The notes under the pieces: model-generated
The model's database searches: none
Seen by the model: only the letters and a program-made list of their open reading frames with translations
What the model was told of the DNA's origin: nothing
Shown here: piece after piece, positions 11,803-24,073 of the stretch
How the letters are laid out: each line of letters begins with the position of its first letter
How positions within the stretch are numbered: the stretch's first letter is position 1
Position numbers and translations under genes: made by a program
Origin: Octopus vulgaris
Lineage: Eukaryota
Assembly: GCA_951406725.2 (NCBI GenBank)
Contig: OX597822.1
Span: 92,070,001-92,134,000, forward strand
DNA: 64,000 nucleotides
Direction of reading: 5' to 3'

Positions 11803-12107
11803 GTAACCACCACCTTGACCGACCAGGCTATCAGATGTTGCTACACATCGCTGGTCACAATGTGCTTTGCATTGTTTTAGCTTTCAAATGATGCCACCCT
11901 GCTGGCTAAGCAAGCAGGCCAACAGAAGAAAGAGTGAGAAAAAGTTGTGGCGAATGAGTACAGCAGGGATTGCCACCACCACTTGCCGGAGCCTTGTGGA
12001 GCTTCAGGTGTATTCGCTCAATAAACACTCACAACGTTCACTCTGGGAATCAAAACTGTGATCCTACAACCGCGAGTCCGCTGCCCTAACCACTGGGCCA
12101 TTCCACA
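11803..12107 (-). mobile_element. tRNA-derived SINE whose tail matches RTE family B
   Basis: Head TGGCCCAGTGGTTAGGGCAGCGGACT..GTTTTGATTCCC; tail TGTGACCAG..CTGGTCGGTCAAGGTG resembles 41263-41313. Confidence 0.85.
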
Positions 12108-12161
12108 TAATATATATATATGTATGTATGTATACATATATATGTATATATGTATATATGA

Positions 12162-12596
12162 TCTGAACCAGAGAATAAACCAGAGTTCGTAGTAAAAGAA
12201 TGTGGAGATAGATGTAGAACATGTAACAATACCAACAACTTCAAGTACATAGAAAGTGGTTCCCATGTGAAGTTCAAGAATGGATCCATTTTTAAAATAT
12301 ATGCAGATATGAACTGTAAAACACAAAATCTCGTATACTGCATTACCTGCCCAAGCTGTAAAGAAAATTACATTGGCAAAACAAATAACTCCCTCTGCCA
12401 ACGTGCATGAATTCACAGGCAACATATCCGGCAAGAAGAGCTACAAAAGATTCCATTGAGTAAGCATCTAGAAATATGCGGAGATGGAAAGTTCCAAAGC
12501 TTTCCCTTTTACAAATGTGCACGGGACGATCCACAATATCGAAAGGCAAAGGAACTACACTTCATAAAAAAATTCTCTCTGAAATTAAATGTTTGA
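12162..12596 (+). pseudogene. Penelope-like element (Neptune-type) GIY-YIG endonuclease C-terminal fragment
   Basis: Manual translation: CGDRCRTC..NCKTQNLVYCITCPSCKENYIGKT..R..H..KH..RKAKELHFIKKFSLKLNV*. One internal TGA; flanked by TA microsatellites. Confidence 0.88.
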
Positions 12597-12629
12597 AAGA
12601 GAAAAAAGCAAAGCAAAGAGTATGTTTTG

Positions 12630-12672
<43 letters not shown>

Positions 12673-13364
12673 ATGTATGGGTATGATATACATAGTTATT
12701 TTCATACAGAACTACACCTTACCAAAAAAAAAAAAATGTATGACAGGAATATATTCTAAATATAACTCAAATATTAAAAGAAACCACTAGCACAGAAAGG
12801 ACAGGAAAACATTTTTTTACTATTTTTTATTTCTTATTCTCTATTTTTTCTTTCTTTTCTTTTTCTTTTTTTCTTTTGTTACCATCCCTAAAAGCCATTT
12901 CAAAACAACAGTGCAAGTAGTAAACAAGTTTTCACTTTTATTTATTTATATATTTTTTTGACAATCCTTAAAAAGACCATTTCAATACAATGAAATGTGG
13001 TGGATAGGAAAATGAATAGACCTTCTCTCCCTCTTTTACCCTAGCCATCTTTCTCTCTGTCTGACTTTCTCTCTCTCTATCTCTCTCTATCTGTCTATCC
13101 ATCTTCCATTGTCTTCAAAGCCTCACCCCCACCCCCAAAAAACAAAAACAATGTTCTCTTATAAACAGAATCCCCCCAAAACATCTATTTTATATAAATA
13201 AGCAACATATCTGTATGTTCACAATTATATTTAATAAGTTCAAGCCCTAGTATGAAAATGAAGATATAATAAAATAAAAAAAGTTCTTTCCAAAATTCTG
13301 ATGACTTTTTCTCAATATTCAGTCCTGTACATCACACCTGACACTCTACACATATATAGATGTA

Positions 13365-13418
13365 TATCTCTATATAAATATAGAGATGTATATATATATG
13401 TGTATATATGTATGTGTA

Positions 13419-13467
<49 letters not shown>

Positions 13468-13512
13468 TAGATAGATAATGATGTGTATATATATATATAT
13501 ATAGATAGATAG

Positions 13513-13549
<37 letters not shown>

Positions 13550-14165
13550 TAGATGTGTGTGTATATATATATATAGATAGATAGATGTGTGTATATAGAT
13601 AGATAGATGTGTGTATATATATATATATATATAGATAGATAGATAGATGTGTGTATATATATATATATAGATAGATAGATGTGTGTATATATATATATAT
13701 AGATAGATAGATGTGTGTATATATATATATATATATATAGATAGATGTGTATATATATATATATATACATATAGATAGATGTGTATATATATATATATAT
13801 ACATATAGATAGATGTGTATATATATATATATATATATATAGATAGATGTGTGTATATATATATATATAGATAGATAGATGTGTGTATATATATATATAT
13901 ATATAGATAGATAGATGTGTGTATATATAAATATATATAGATAGATAGATGTGTGTATATATATATATATATAGATAGATAGATGTGTGTATATATATAT
14001 AGATAGATGTGTGTATATATATATATATATATAGATAGATGTGTGTATATATATATATAGATAGATATATATATATATAGATATATATATATATAGATAG
14101 ATAGATAGATGTATATATATATATAGATAGATAGATGTATATATATAGATAGATATGTATAGATG
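13365..14165. repeat. Compound microsatellite with higher-order unit (TA)n-(GATA)n-GATGTGTG
   Basis: The unit repeats roughly 18 times with variable TA length. Confidence 0.97.
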
Positions 14166-14432
14166 TTACGTTTACATATTTGTTTTGGAAGATTCTTGAT
14201 GTGAATGCGTGTTGAAACAGATATTGTTGCATTTGGGACTGATTATTTTGCCAGTTTAGCCAATAAAAACACATGCACTATATATTTGGTGTTCACTTGC
14301 TTCAGCTTTATTTTATATTAATCCTTACTTCTGTGACCTCATTACTGGTCTTTTGCTTTCTTTTATATCAAAGTAATAAGGCATTTCAATAGAACATCTT
14401 TACCCCCGAGAATTACACCAGCTAGTATATTT

Positions 14433-14730
14433 ATCATCATCATCATTTAATGTCCGTTTTCCATGCTAGCATGGGTTGGACGGTTCGACCAGGGTCTGGT
14501 AAGCTACGGAGGCTCCATTCTGGTTTGGCAGTATTTTGATGTTGGTGTTGACGTACTTGACTCAATAGGTCTCGTGGAGAACAATGGGTCACTCTACGAT
14601 CCAAGATTAGCACAGCAGGCCGTCCTGCAAGCCATGAACTCACTTCATTTGTCGGGTCTTCACAGTTACAGCATATCTCAGGGGTCTCGGTCTTCGTCAT
14701 TTCCTTTGTGAGGCCCTACATGCCACCGGC
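14433..14730 (-). mobile_element. RTE family A 3' UTR fragment, internally deleted
   Basis: (CAT)n, TTTCCATGCTAGCATGGGTTGGACGG; later GGTCTTCACAG..TCTCGGTC. Confidence 0.8.
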
Positions 14731-14924
14731 ACGGGTATCACAACTACATAAAAGCACGAAGCTTTGTCAGTGAACAGGTCGCGGTCTCAAAGCGACGAAA
14801 ATATTTTGACAAATTAAATTTAAGTGTTGAAGTGAATCTAACGGTTTTGTCTGTTTCTTAAATGGCTTATAAACATCTTCTGCGCTGCAATTGTATATAT
14901 ATATATATACATATATTTATATAT

Positions 14925-15917
14925 AGTGTAATAAATAAAATATATGCATACATACATACATATATGTACGTACCTACATCTACATGTATATATACATGCA
15001 TATATAAATATATATACATGAGTACAGGACACCACAAATAGACATAGAACTCAACGAGAAACGAAAACGTAAAAACAAACGTGGAAACGGACCTAAACGA
15101 AAAAAAAACCAGAACAAAACAAACTACACAAGGAAAAATCCCCTTCATCAGTTGTCCCTAGTTCAACTCCAGTGTGTTTCGAAGGTTGGACAGAACACGA
15201 CTCGTGGAACTAGTCGTTCCTGCGAAGGAATTAAATAAAATTGCTTCGCAGAGGGGTAAAAACAAGGAAAGTTAAACAGGTGACAAAAAAACGATACAAA
15301 TAAAATTACAAAATAAAATACAAAATAAAAATACAGAATAAAATTACAAGTACGAAAAATACAGTACAAGAAATAAAACAAACAAAAAAACAGACAATGA
15401 GGGCCTTAATGCTGGCCTACATGAGGAAAGATTCTAAGAGCGCTAGAAGAACAGTGTTCACTGTTAGAATGCCAGTGGTGAAAGGAAGCAACTCGTCCGG
15501 CTGTGAAAGAGATGAGGAGGAGTGAGAGAGATAGAGGAAGACAAGCGGCTGTGAGAGAGAGAGATGAGGAGGAGTGAGAGGAAGATAGGGAAGGAAGAGA
15601 AGTTCAAGCAAAGAGTTGTAGAGTTTCGCGTCACAATTATAAATAACAAAACTTACTTGGAGGAGATGAAACGAAAACGAATCGAATCGACGCGAGGGCG
15701 CTCAGTCATACAATAGTGTTATAAATAAAATATATGCATACATACATACATATATGTACGTACCTACATCTACATGTATATATACATGCATATATAAATA
15801 TATATACGTGAGTACAGGACACCACAAATAGACGTAGAACTCAACGAGAAACGAAAACGTAAAAACAAACGTGGAAACGGACCTAAACGAAAAAAACAGA
15901 GTACAAAACAAACTACA

Positions 15918-15918
<1 letters not shown>
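14925..15918. repeat. About 200-bp direct repeats (14925-15129, 15715-15918) with ~790-bp period; probable non-autonomous Penelope-like unit
   Basis: Near-identical AGTGT.ATAAATAAAATATATGC..GAGTACAGGACACCAC..AAACTACAC blocks. Minus strand carries GAAAC and CTGATGA at 15145-15180. Confidence 0.75.
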
Positions 15919-15929
<11 letters not shown>

Positions 15930-15951
<22 letters not shown>

Positions 15952-16170
15952 GTGTGTGTATATGCTTGTGTGTCTGTGTTTGTCCCCCCAATATTGCTTG
16001 ACAACCGTTGCTTGTGTGTTTGTGTCCCTGTAACTTAGCGGTTCGGTAAAAGAGACTGGTAGAATAAGTAGTAGGCTTACACAGAATAAGTCCTGGGGTC
16101 GATTTGCTTGACTAAAAGGCAGTGCTCCAGCATGGCCACAGTCAAATGACTGAAACAAGTAAAAGAGTAT
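15930..16170 (+). mobile_element. 3' half of tRNA-SINE (family at 7650-8040)
   Basis: GTCCCTGTAACTTAGCGGTTCGG..GGGGTCGATTTG..GACTGAAACAAGTAAAAGAG. Confidence 0.85.
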
Positions 16171-16774
16171 ATATATATAATATTCAATAACAAATTAAAA
16201 GCACTGCTAGTGTTGTAAACATTATTGATCACACATACTTCAATTCAGGAACATGATATTGATACGACACAAAAATGGGGAAATATCAATATCCATCTCC
16301 TGAATTCTGAGGCTCCTGTCTATTACTTTCTGGTGTCTGAATATCCATCCTATTGAAGGAGTTATCTCAAAGCACTGTCTCACAGCAAATCCAGCAAACA
16401 AACAAAGCACATGCATTGAGTATGAGCTATCGAAAAGTTTTTTAAGTTTATTTGACTAAGAATTATGTCTATTAGTTTCTCTTTTCCTTTTATTGCTAGT
16501 AACTGGTTATAGTTTCTATTTTGTAGCTTCATACTGTTCTTAAGACAAGAAGCTTTATTTTATTGGTCATATTATACATCTAATAGGCAAGTACTCTCTT
16601 CATTATTAGATATGAGTTTTTAATATTTCTGAGTTTAAATCTTTCCAAGGTTAACTTTGGTTAAAATTTTTCAGGGTTAAATAAATAAGTACTAGCCAAA
16701 TACTTGTTAATATAATCAACTTTGCTTCACCCTCTAAAGTTTTGGCCTTGTACATGTGTTTATCACCATATATA

Positions 16775-16932
16775 TGTTCAAATTCCGCCGAGGTCGACTT
16801 TGCCTTTCATCCTTTCAGGGTCGATAAATTAAGTACCAGTTACGCACTGGGGTCGATGTAATCGACTTAATCCGTTTGTCTGTCCTTGTTTGTCCTCTCT
16901 GTGTTTAGCCCCTTGTGGGTAGTTAAAGAAAT
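16775..16932 (+). mobile_element. SINE with MetaSINE-like central domain
   Basis: GTTCAAATTCC B-box, then GAGGTCGACTTTGCCTTTCATCCTTTCAGGGTCGATAAATTAAGTACCAG; near-identical to 57620-57765. The Meta-domain assignment is from memory. Confidence 0.75.
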
Positions 16933-17145
16933 ATATATATGTTTGTAAATAGTCAAATTAAACTGTTGGTCACTCATATCATAGGTTTAAATTACCCAAA
17001 TAATGTAGTATTTGAATTTATTTAGTAATACCATTTTAGTGAATATTATTAGTGTTTTAAAGGTAGTGTTTAATATTTATATGTAAACACCAAATAGATA
17101 CAATTGTTACTGTTTTCAAGTTTATATTTAAATTTTATTATCAAA

Positions 17146-17728
17146 CTAGCTTAAGGTGACCCACTCTACGCATGGTTGAGGTTACTTTCTGTTGCTTCCT
17201 TTCTGTTTCTTATCGCCACATTCTCCCATTTTGTTTCTCTCTCACTTTCCCACTCTCTTACTCTTCTTTTCTCTTGGACTCTCCCTCACTTTCTCTTACT
17301 CTCCATCCTTCTCTGTCTATCTCTCTCCCATTTATAAAAAACAAAAGATCTTGAGTAAGTTGAGAAAGAAAATATTTTGAAAGCTCAATCATAAATATCA
17401 GACAGTGACAACGGAAAGCACTCTTGCCTTTTGTCCGTGCCACTATTTGAGCGATTAAAAATAAGGAGAAAAGGGATTTCTTTGTTAAATTTAGTACTTA
17501 TTTTGGGAAGTTTTCTGCGATTGACCATGCAAATGAAAGCTCTAAACACGGGCTACATGCAGCTGTAAATTTCTTTCAGAAAAAAAATGAAGACTGTAAA
17601 CAATAAAAAATAAAAGGCAAAAATATGTAAAAATGAGAAACCGCCCCTTAAACTGTTCCCATCCCAAAATGAGACAAATAACCAAGAAATCAAACAACTT
17701 TTTCGCATTTCAGCTTTATAGATATTGA
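17146..17728 (-). mobile_element. Non-autonomous Helitron
   Basis: Minus strand A|TC..CTAG|T (CTAG 17146-49) with decayed subterminal hairpin. 5' region repeated at 18100-18163. Confidence 0.65.
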
Positions 17729-17744
17729 TTACTGTCACTAATGT

Positions 17745-18163
17745 CTAGGGGTTGATGAAGATAATATATTAAGATTAGCGGGAATATTTAAACTTTTGCG
17801 GCTGTCACCACTTTCTCTCTATAGATACAGACAGACGAACAGTGAGAGAGGTGGTGGAAGAAAGAGTGACAGAGAGATAAAGCTGTCAAACGTCGTTATT
17901 GAGAGAAAGTGGAGGGAAGGAAGGAAAGAGAGAGATGGAGGAAGATAGGGTGATATGCGAAACACTTGTTAAAGTGTGGGTTTTATTGCCCTAGTAACCA
18001 CAGCTTTTGAGATAGGGGTTTCTAACCTTGTCCACTCACTTCCTCGCCTCTTTTTACATGTCCCTGTAAATTTTTGAGCCAATCCGACCCCATTTAGTGC
18101 CCCTTAAACTGTTCCAATCCCCAAATGAGACAAATTTTTCACATTTCAGCTTTATAGGTATTG
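17745..18163 (-). mobile_element. Second related Helitron fragment in tandem
   Basis: CCCTTAAACTGTTCC.ATCCC.AAATGAGACAAAT..CATTTCAGCTTTATAG shared with 17644-17728. Confidence 0.55.
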
Positions 18164-18429
18164 TTTAAAATATATATATAATATAATTTTCCAGTGGGAA
18201 ATGGGATGTGGGGACAAGTCACTTTATAGCCATACCTTCTTCAAAACAAAAACTTGATAGTGTATATGCTCAGTAGAATTGGAAACCATTGTGTCACATA
18301 CTTAAGAAATGACACTTAACAGCATGCTATGTAGCTGTGTGTGTGTGTAGTACATATATCAATGTGAGTGTATGTGGTTATGTATGTGCGTTTAGCTCAA
18401 AAAGGTTCAGAAATGGTGCATCCTCAATG

Positions 18430-20500
18430 GTGCATCCATTTTCTATGCTAGCATGAGTTGAACGGTTTGACTGGGGACTTGCAAGACAGGCTGCATCAGG
18501 CCCCAATCTGATCTGGCAATGTTTCTACAGCTGGATGCCCTTCCTAATGCCAACCACTCCGATAGTTTAGTGGGTGCTTTTTACGTGCCACCAGCACGAG
18601 AGCCAGTGAGGCAGCACTGGCATCGGCCATGTTTGGATGGTGCTTTTACATGCCACTAGCACAGAAGCCAGTCGGGGCTGGAGGGAGGGGGGGCTGGTAT
18701 TGACCACTTTTGGATAGTGCTTTTTATGTGCCACTGGCATGGGGAGCCAGTCAGGTGGCGTTGGCAATGATCCATGCATGAATGGTGCTTATTGTGTACC
18801 ACCAGCACAGGAGCCAGTCAGGCGGCACTGGTATCGGCCACAGCTACAATTTCCATTTGATTTGATTTACATTATTTACATTTGATGGATATTTGTCCTC
18901 ATCTTGTTTGTTGTTAACTTTAGGAATGAGAACCCAGGTTCAAAATTTCACCCAAGACACCTGATGAAGGCTGGAGGGTATATCAGCTGAAATGTGTTAA
19001 CAACAAGCAAGATGAGGACAAATATCTGTCAAATATAAATAATGTACATAAATCCTCATCTCTTAAATATAGAACTGATTGTGATTTGATTTGATTTTGA
19101 TTTACTTGACTCAATAGGCCTCCTCAAGAATGGCATGTCACCCAATGATTCAAAGGTACTTTTTTTTAATGGGCTGGTTATGCGACACTGATGTAGGCTA
19201 CAGCTGTGATCTCACTTTCCTTGCTGGGTCTTCTCAATCACACTATATCTCCAGAGCTCTCAGTCTTTTGTCATTGTCTCTGTGAAACCCAATGTTCAAG
19301 GGTCATGCTTCACCACCTCATCCCATGTCTTCCTGGGTCTACCTCTTTCACAGGTTCCTTCTACTGTTAAGGAGTGACACTTCTTCACTGTCTCCTCATC
19401 CATACATAGCAAATGACCATACCAGCACAGTTGTCTCTCTTGCACACCACATCTGATGCTTCTTGTGTCCAACATTTCTTTCAGGGTGCTTACACTCTGT
19501 CACATGTGCACACTGACATTACACATTCTGCAGATCATACTATCTTCATTTCTTTCAAGCCTACGCATGTCTTCAGCAGTCACAGCCCATGTTTCACTGC
19601 TGTGTAACATGGCAGTTCACACAAATACATCATACATTCTACCTTTCACTCTGCCCTTTTGACACCAGAAGAAGTAGGAGCTTTCTTATTCTAGTGGCAA
19701 CGCTCTCTGAGCATCTACCTCCGCTACAGACTTGGTCACCTAGGTAGTGGAAGCTATCAACTACTTCTAGTTTCTCCCCCTGGTATGTGATGGAATCTGT
19801 TTTCTGAGCATCTGCAGTGTTTATTGCCCCTTTGCATCGGCCGCACACAAACGCTATCTTCTCGGTTAACCTTCCTTTGATGTTGCTGCACTTCATATGC
19901 GTCCATAGCTTACACTGGGTACATCTTATGGAATTTCTACTTATACCTTTGATAAACATGCTATGCCTGTTCTCACTTTTGACCTGTCATCATTCAAACA
20001 TTCAAGCGTTTTAAGATTGTTGCCCCTACTGGTGGTACAGGTAGATGTTAGCGGCATTGTAAGTATAAGCATTATGGACATCGTAAAATCATAAATTTAA
20101 GCATTACTGGTGTTGCAGATATAAGTAAGTAAATCAATAAAGATAGATAAAGGAGATTATGAATGTCAATATGCCAATGTTAGATTAAGTAGGTGGGCAG
20201 CTAAATTAGTTGCATTTGTCTCGGCAGAGAGAGAGAGAGAGAGAGAGAGAAGAGATTGCAGGTATGACAGAAGATACCACCAATGAGGGAGAGGGTTTCT
20301 GGTGAGAGAAGAGAGATATCCGGTGTTGTTGGTGGTGGGAGAAGAGAGAGATCTGGCATTGGTGGTGGGTGTGGGAATGGGTGGGCGAACAAGCAAAGGT
20401 TAAATTTAGAGAGATGGTACAAAAATATGTAGCCAACTTGAGAACATAGGGGGGAAGGAGATATTCCATTCAGAAAATTACATGAAGAATTAAGAAGAAA
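18430..20500 (-). mobile_element. RTE family A relative: 5' UTR fused by a large deletion to RT C-terminus and 3' UTR
   Basis: RNSIRCTQCKLWTH..CGRC..LEVVDSFHYLGDQ at 19639-19959. 19975-20200 resembles 51580-51720. Confidence 0.85.
18868..19077 (+). mobile_element. Fold-back Penelope-like insert with decayed hammerhead, nested in the RTE 3' UTR
   Basis: About 51-bp inverted arms 18868-18918 / 18996-19046. ACAC-CTGATGA-A-GGCTG..CAGCT-GAAA-T-GTGT at 18957-18997. Confidence 0.7.
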
Positions 20501-20738
20501 CGAAGGCTGAGAGAGAGTGAGATTTAGGAAGTTATATATTGAAAGGTCAAATTAAATGATTAGCTTATGAAAGTAGATATTAGTAAATAATACATAAATA
20601 AATAGAAAAATAAACATAAATAATACATATCTGCATCCTAAAGCCAAAGTTGTCCGTAAATAATGAAAAAATATAATTTGCTACAAGAAATAACTTATCT
20701 TTTCAATCAACAACTCTCCCACTTTCTGTCTATCACCA

Positions 20739-20966
20739 TTAATCCTTTAGCATTTAAACTAGCCTTATCTGGCCTATATATTCTACCAGTTTTGTGTTTA
20801 AATTGACTAGATCCAGCCTCTTACGCTTATTGTACAATGTAATTCGAAAAATAAACAATCACACCATCGAAATTCCAAAACTACGAGATAATGCATGGTT
20901 AATTCAAAACAGTATGGATACATATGCATTGCATTTGATAGATTAATGTGAACACTAAAGGTTTAA
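20739..20966. mobile_element. piggyBac-type MITE
   Basis: TTAA-TCCTTTAG ... CTAAAGGT-TTAA: TTAA target sites and imperfect CCCTTTAG TIRs. Confidence 0.7.
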
Positions 20967-21504
20967 TCTATCTTTCTATATATATTTAACACACTCTTAC
21001 TCACACTCTCTTTGTATTAACTTTCACACATTGTTTTCATTTTGTTTAAAATCTTTTCTTTTATACTTACTTTAATTTTATGACTGCTGTTATGCACAAA
21101 TCCTGTTTTCTGATTGGGGAAAAATGATCAAACTTTAAACCCGTGTAACATTTTTCTAAAATTTTACTGGAATCCCAAACTCAGATTCAGCATGAAAAAG
21201 TACATCAATATACCAAATTAAAAATTTTTCACTTAATTTTAAAATTTCAGAACCTGTGACATTTCACTTTGCTCATGATAAATGCCCCCCTTCTCTATAC
21301 ATTTTTACCACACTCTCTCTAAAAGAATTTTACTTATGCTTAGTGTGTGTGTGTGTTTGTCATTAAGGCAACAGTGATTTTAAAAAAAGTATGTAAAAGA
21401 TAATTTATTTTAATAGCATACTCTTCTGTTAGTAAATGTTTTGTCTTACTTACACACACACATGATAAAAAATTTTTCCAAATTTTGTTAGAGAACTTTC
21501 TCAA

Positions 21505-22520
21505 ATACCCAGGAAGCTCTCTTGAGATAGTAGATAGTTTCTGCTACTTAGGTGACCAAATTAGCAATGGTGGTTAATGCTCTGAAAGTATTGTTTCTAG
21601 AGTAAGAATAGGATGGAGGAAGTTCAGAGAATTACTACCTCTGTTGGCAACAAAAGGACTCACTCTCAAAGGTAAAGGTAGATTGTATGATGCTTGTGTA
21701 CAAATGGTTATACTACATGGTAGTGAGACATAGGCTCTGAATGCAGAGGACATGCATAGACTAGAGATGGATGATGTATTCTCCATTGGATGTGCAACAT
21801 CAGTGTGCATGAACAATAAAGCACAACTGTGTTGAGAGTAAAGATGGGCATAAGAGGAATTAAACCTGGCCTGCAAGAGAGAATACTACATTGGTTTGGA
21901 CATGTGATGCGTATGAATGAAAACAGCTGTATAAAGAAGTGCTGGTTATTGAAAGTGGATTGTATTTGTGGAAGGGGGAGACCCAGGAAAACATGGGATG
22001 AAGTGGTGAAGATCAATCTCAGGATGTTATGGCTTATGGTGGAAATGACAATGGACAGGGATGTCTGGTGATGTGTGGTTCTAGAGAAGACTCGACCATG
22101 TCAGTGAAACTGAATGCTAGAACTGTTGTGTCCCACTGTATCACTGCTTTCTCAACTCACTCTTTATACTCAGGTTCTCACCAATCACTGCAACCTCCAC
22201 TCTCTACTTATGCCGTCTTGGCAACACCTGGCCACATACATTATGACCTCTATACCTTGAGGGTATACCCTGGCACTTGCCATATTTATCTCTTGTCCCA
22301 TATTTATTTCTCTCTTCCTTACTCTACCATCCCATCTATGCTCTGATCCCTGTTCCTTGTGAGGCACTCCACCACCATTTCTCTCTTGCACTCTTTCCCC
22401 ACCCCACTGATTGGGTAACCATGTATCTTCTCTACAGCAGCACACCTGTTTCTGCCCTCTTTCTTGTTACTTCTCTCTCTCTCTCTCTCCCGCCTTCATT
22501 CCCTCTTCCCTTGCCCTGAA
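21505..22520 (+). mobile_element. RTE family A relative, RT C-terminus and part of 3' UTR
   Basis: LEIVDSFCYLGDQ, KFRELLPLL, LHWFGHVMRM, GRGRPRKTWDEVVK. Confidence 0.88.
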
Positions 22521-22679
22521 ATATCTCTAATGATATATTTACAGAATTATAACAAGCTTCGTTATAGGATCGTTATTATTGTTCTTTTTCCTTTGCTGTA
22601 AACAGTTTTACTTTCTCTTTTTTCTTCTTCTCTCTCTTAAGCATGGTGCCGTGTATAGAGAGTGCTGCAAATTTAGTGC

Positions 22680-23487
22680 ACACATTTTTAATTTACCCAT
22701 CATGAAATGACAAAGTTCATAGTATCGGCCAAAAACAAAAGAAAATTGAAAATTATGCAACCTAATGCGTATCCACTTGATCTCATGGCAGATTTCAAAG
22801 TTACAGTTCACAAGGCATTTAATTCATCATTCCCTAATTCATCTACCGTGGCATATTTGTTTCATTTGAGCCAATCGGTATTTCAAAAAATTACAGATTT
22901 AGGCCTCAAAGAAAAATACAATAAAGACTCTGAATTCTGGAATGTTTATCAACGTATTCTTCAAAATCTTCCCAGAACAAATAATGCTGTGGAAGGGTTT
23001 CATTTAGCGATAAAACGTTCAGTGGGTGGAGCACATTTGAATATTTGAAAATTAATCAAAACTCTGAAGGAAGAGGAAAGGTTCATTCAAGGTAAAATGA
23101 CTCAAATTCTTCAAGATCTGTCAAACTCATGTACACGATATCGAAGAATAACCAAATGCCTCAAAAGATTGGTCATTGAATATAGGTCAATGAGAAAAGT
23201 TGATTTTTTTTTAAGTGTATGGCATATAATTTGCATCAGTTTTAAGTGATTCTAATAGATCATTAGTTATGTCTTATTACTTTTTTAAATGGACTTTTTT
23301 AAAAATACATTTTCCCACAGTATTTTACTTGACACCTATCACTAAAATTCTCAATGATTATTTGGTTTTAATGTTCACCTTGTTTTCTAAAGAGTTTATT
23401 TAAAATTGGACAAAAGTCATTGGACAAAAAAATCATCGGATGAAGTGACATTGGACAAAGTGACATTGGACAAAATGTCAGGTCATG
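22680..23487 (+). mobile_element. Mutator-like (MULE) transposase remnant with terminal ~15-bp tandem repeats
   Basis: ADF..AF..FP..FHLSQ..KI..LGL..Y..WNVYQR..PRTNNAVEGFH..HLNI. About 5 copies of a CATTGGACAAAGTGA-like unit at 23405-23486. Confidence 0.78.
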
Positions 23488-23895
23488 AACCATGTACCTC
23501 CTCTATAGTAAGACATCTGTTTCTGCTTCTCTGTCTATTTGTCACATTCCAACCTTTCATTGCCTGACAAGATCACCTCCTCTAATGCCTCCTCCGCTCT
23601 CAAAATTCCTTGTCTTGCGAGTTACTTGGTGACCTTGTCAGTGCTGGTGTCTTGTAAAGAGCATCCAGTTCACACTGGGAAGTGGTTGGCATTTGGAAGA
23701 ACATCCAGCTGTAAAAAACATAGTGAAACTGACTTTGCCTGTGTTGGTGTCACATAAAAAGCACTCGGTCCACTCTGTAGGGTGGTTGGTGTTAGGAAGG
23801 GTATCCAGTTGTAAAATACTATACCAAAACAGACACAGTTGCTTAGGATAGTCTTCTAACTGCTGGTTCCTGTTAAATGATGAGGATAATGATAT
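23488..23895 (+). mobile_element. RTE 3' UTR and tail
   Basis: Two copies of GTGGTTGG..GGAAG..ATCCAG.TGTAAAA; the start resembles 22417-22455. Confidence 0.75.
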
Positions 23896-24073
23896 GATGT
23901 ATTGATAGATGCTAATAGTTGTTTTGTGATCTAATGTAAATCATAGGCAGCACATCATGTCTGACGGTGACTCAATGATTCAATTTGTTGATGATTATTT
24001 CCCACCAGCTTGTGAAATAACTTTATTCATAATGATGGAGCTGTTGCATGATATTTCTTTACTCTTCTCTAAG

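Noticed and set aside
12035-12107. tRNA gene (also considered 7965-8040 and 57550-57635)
   Set aside because: A/B-box heads run directly into SINE bodies and no full cloverleaf can be built.
13312-14274. 320-aa ORF and other YI/HT/CV-rich ORFs (e.g. 4620, 11341-11891, 35083, 40975-41663)
   Set aside because: They are translations of TA/CA/GATA microsatellites.
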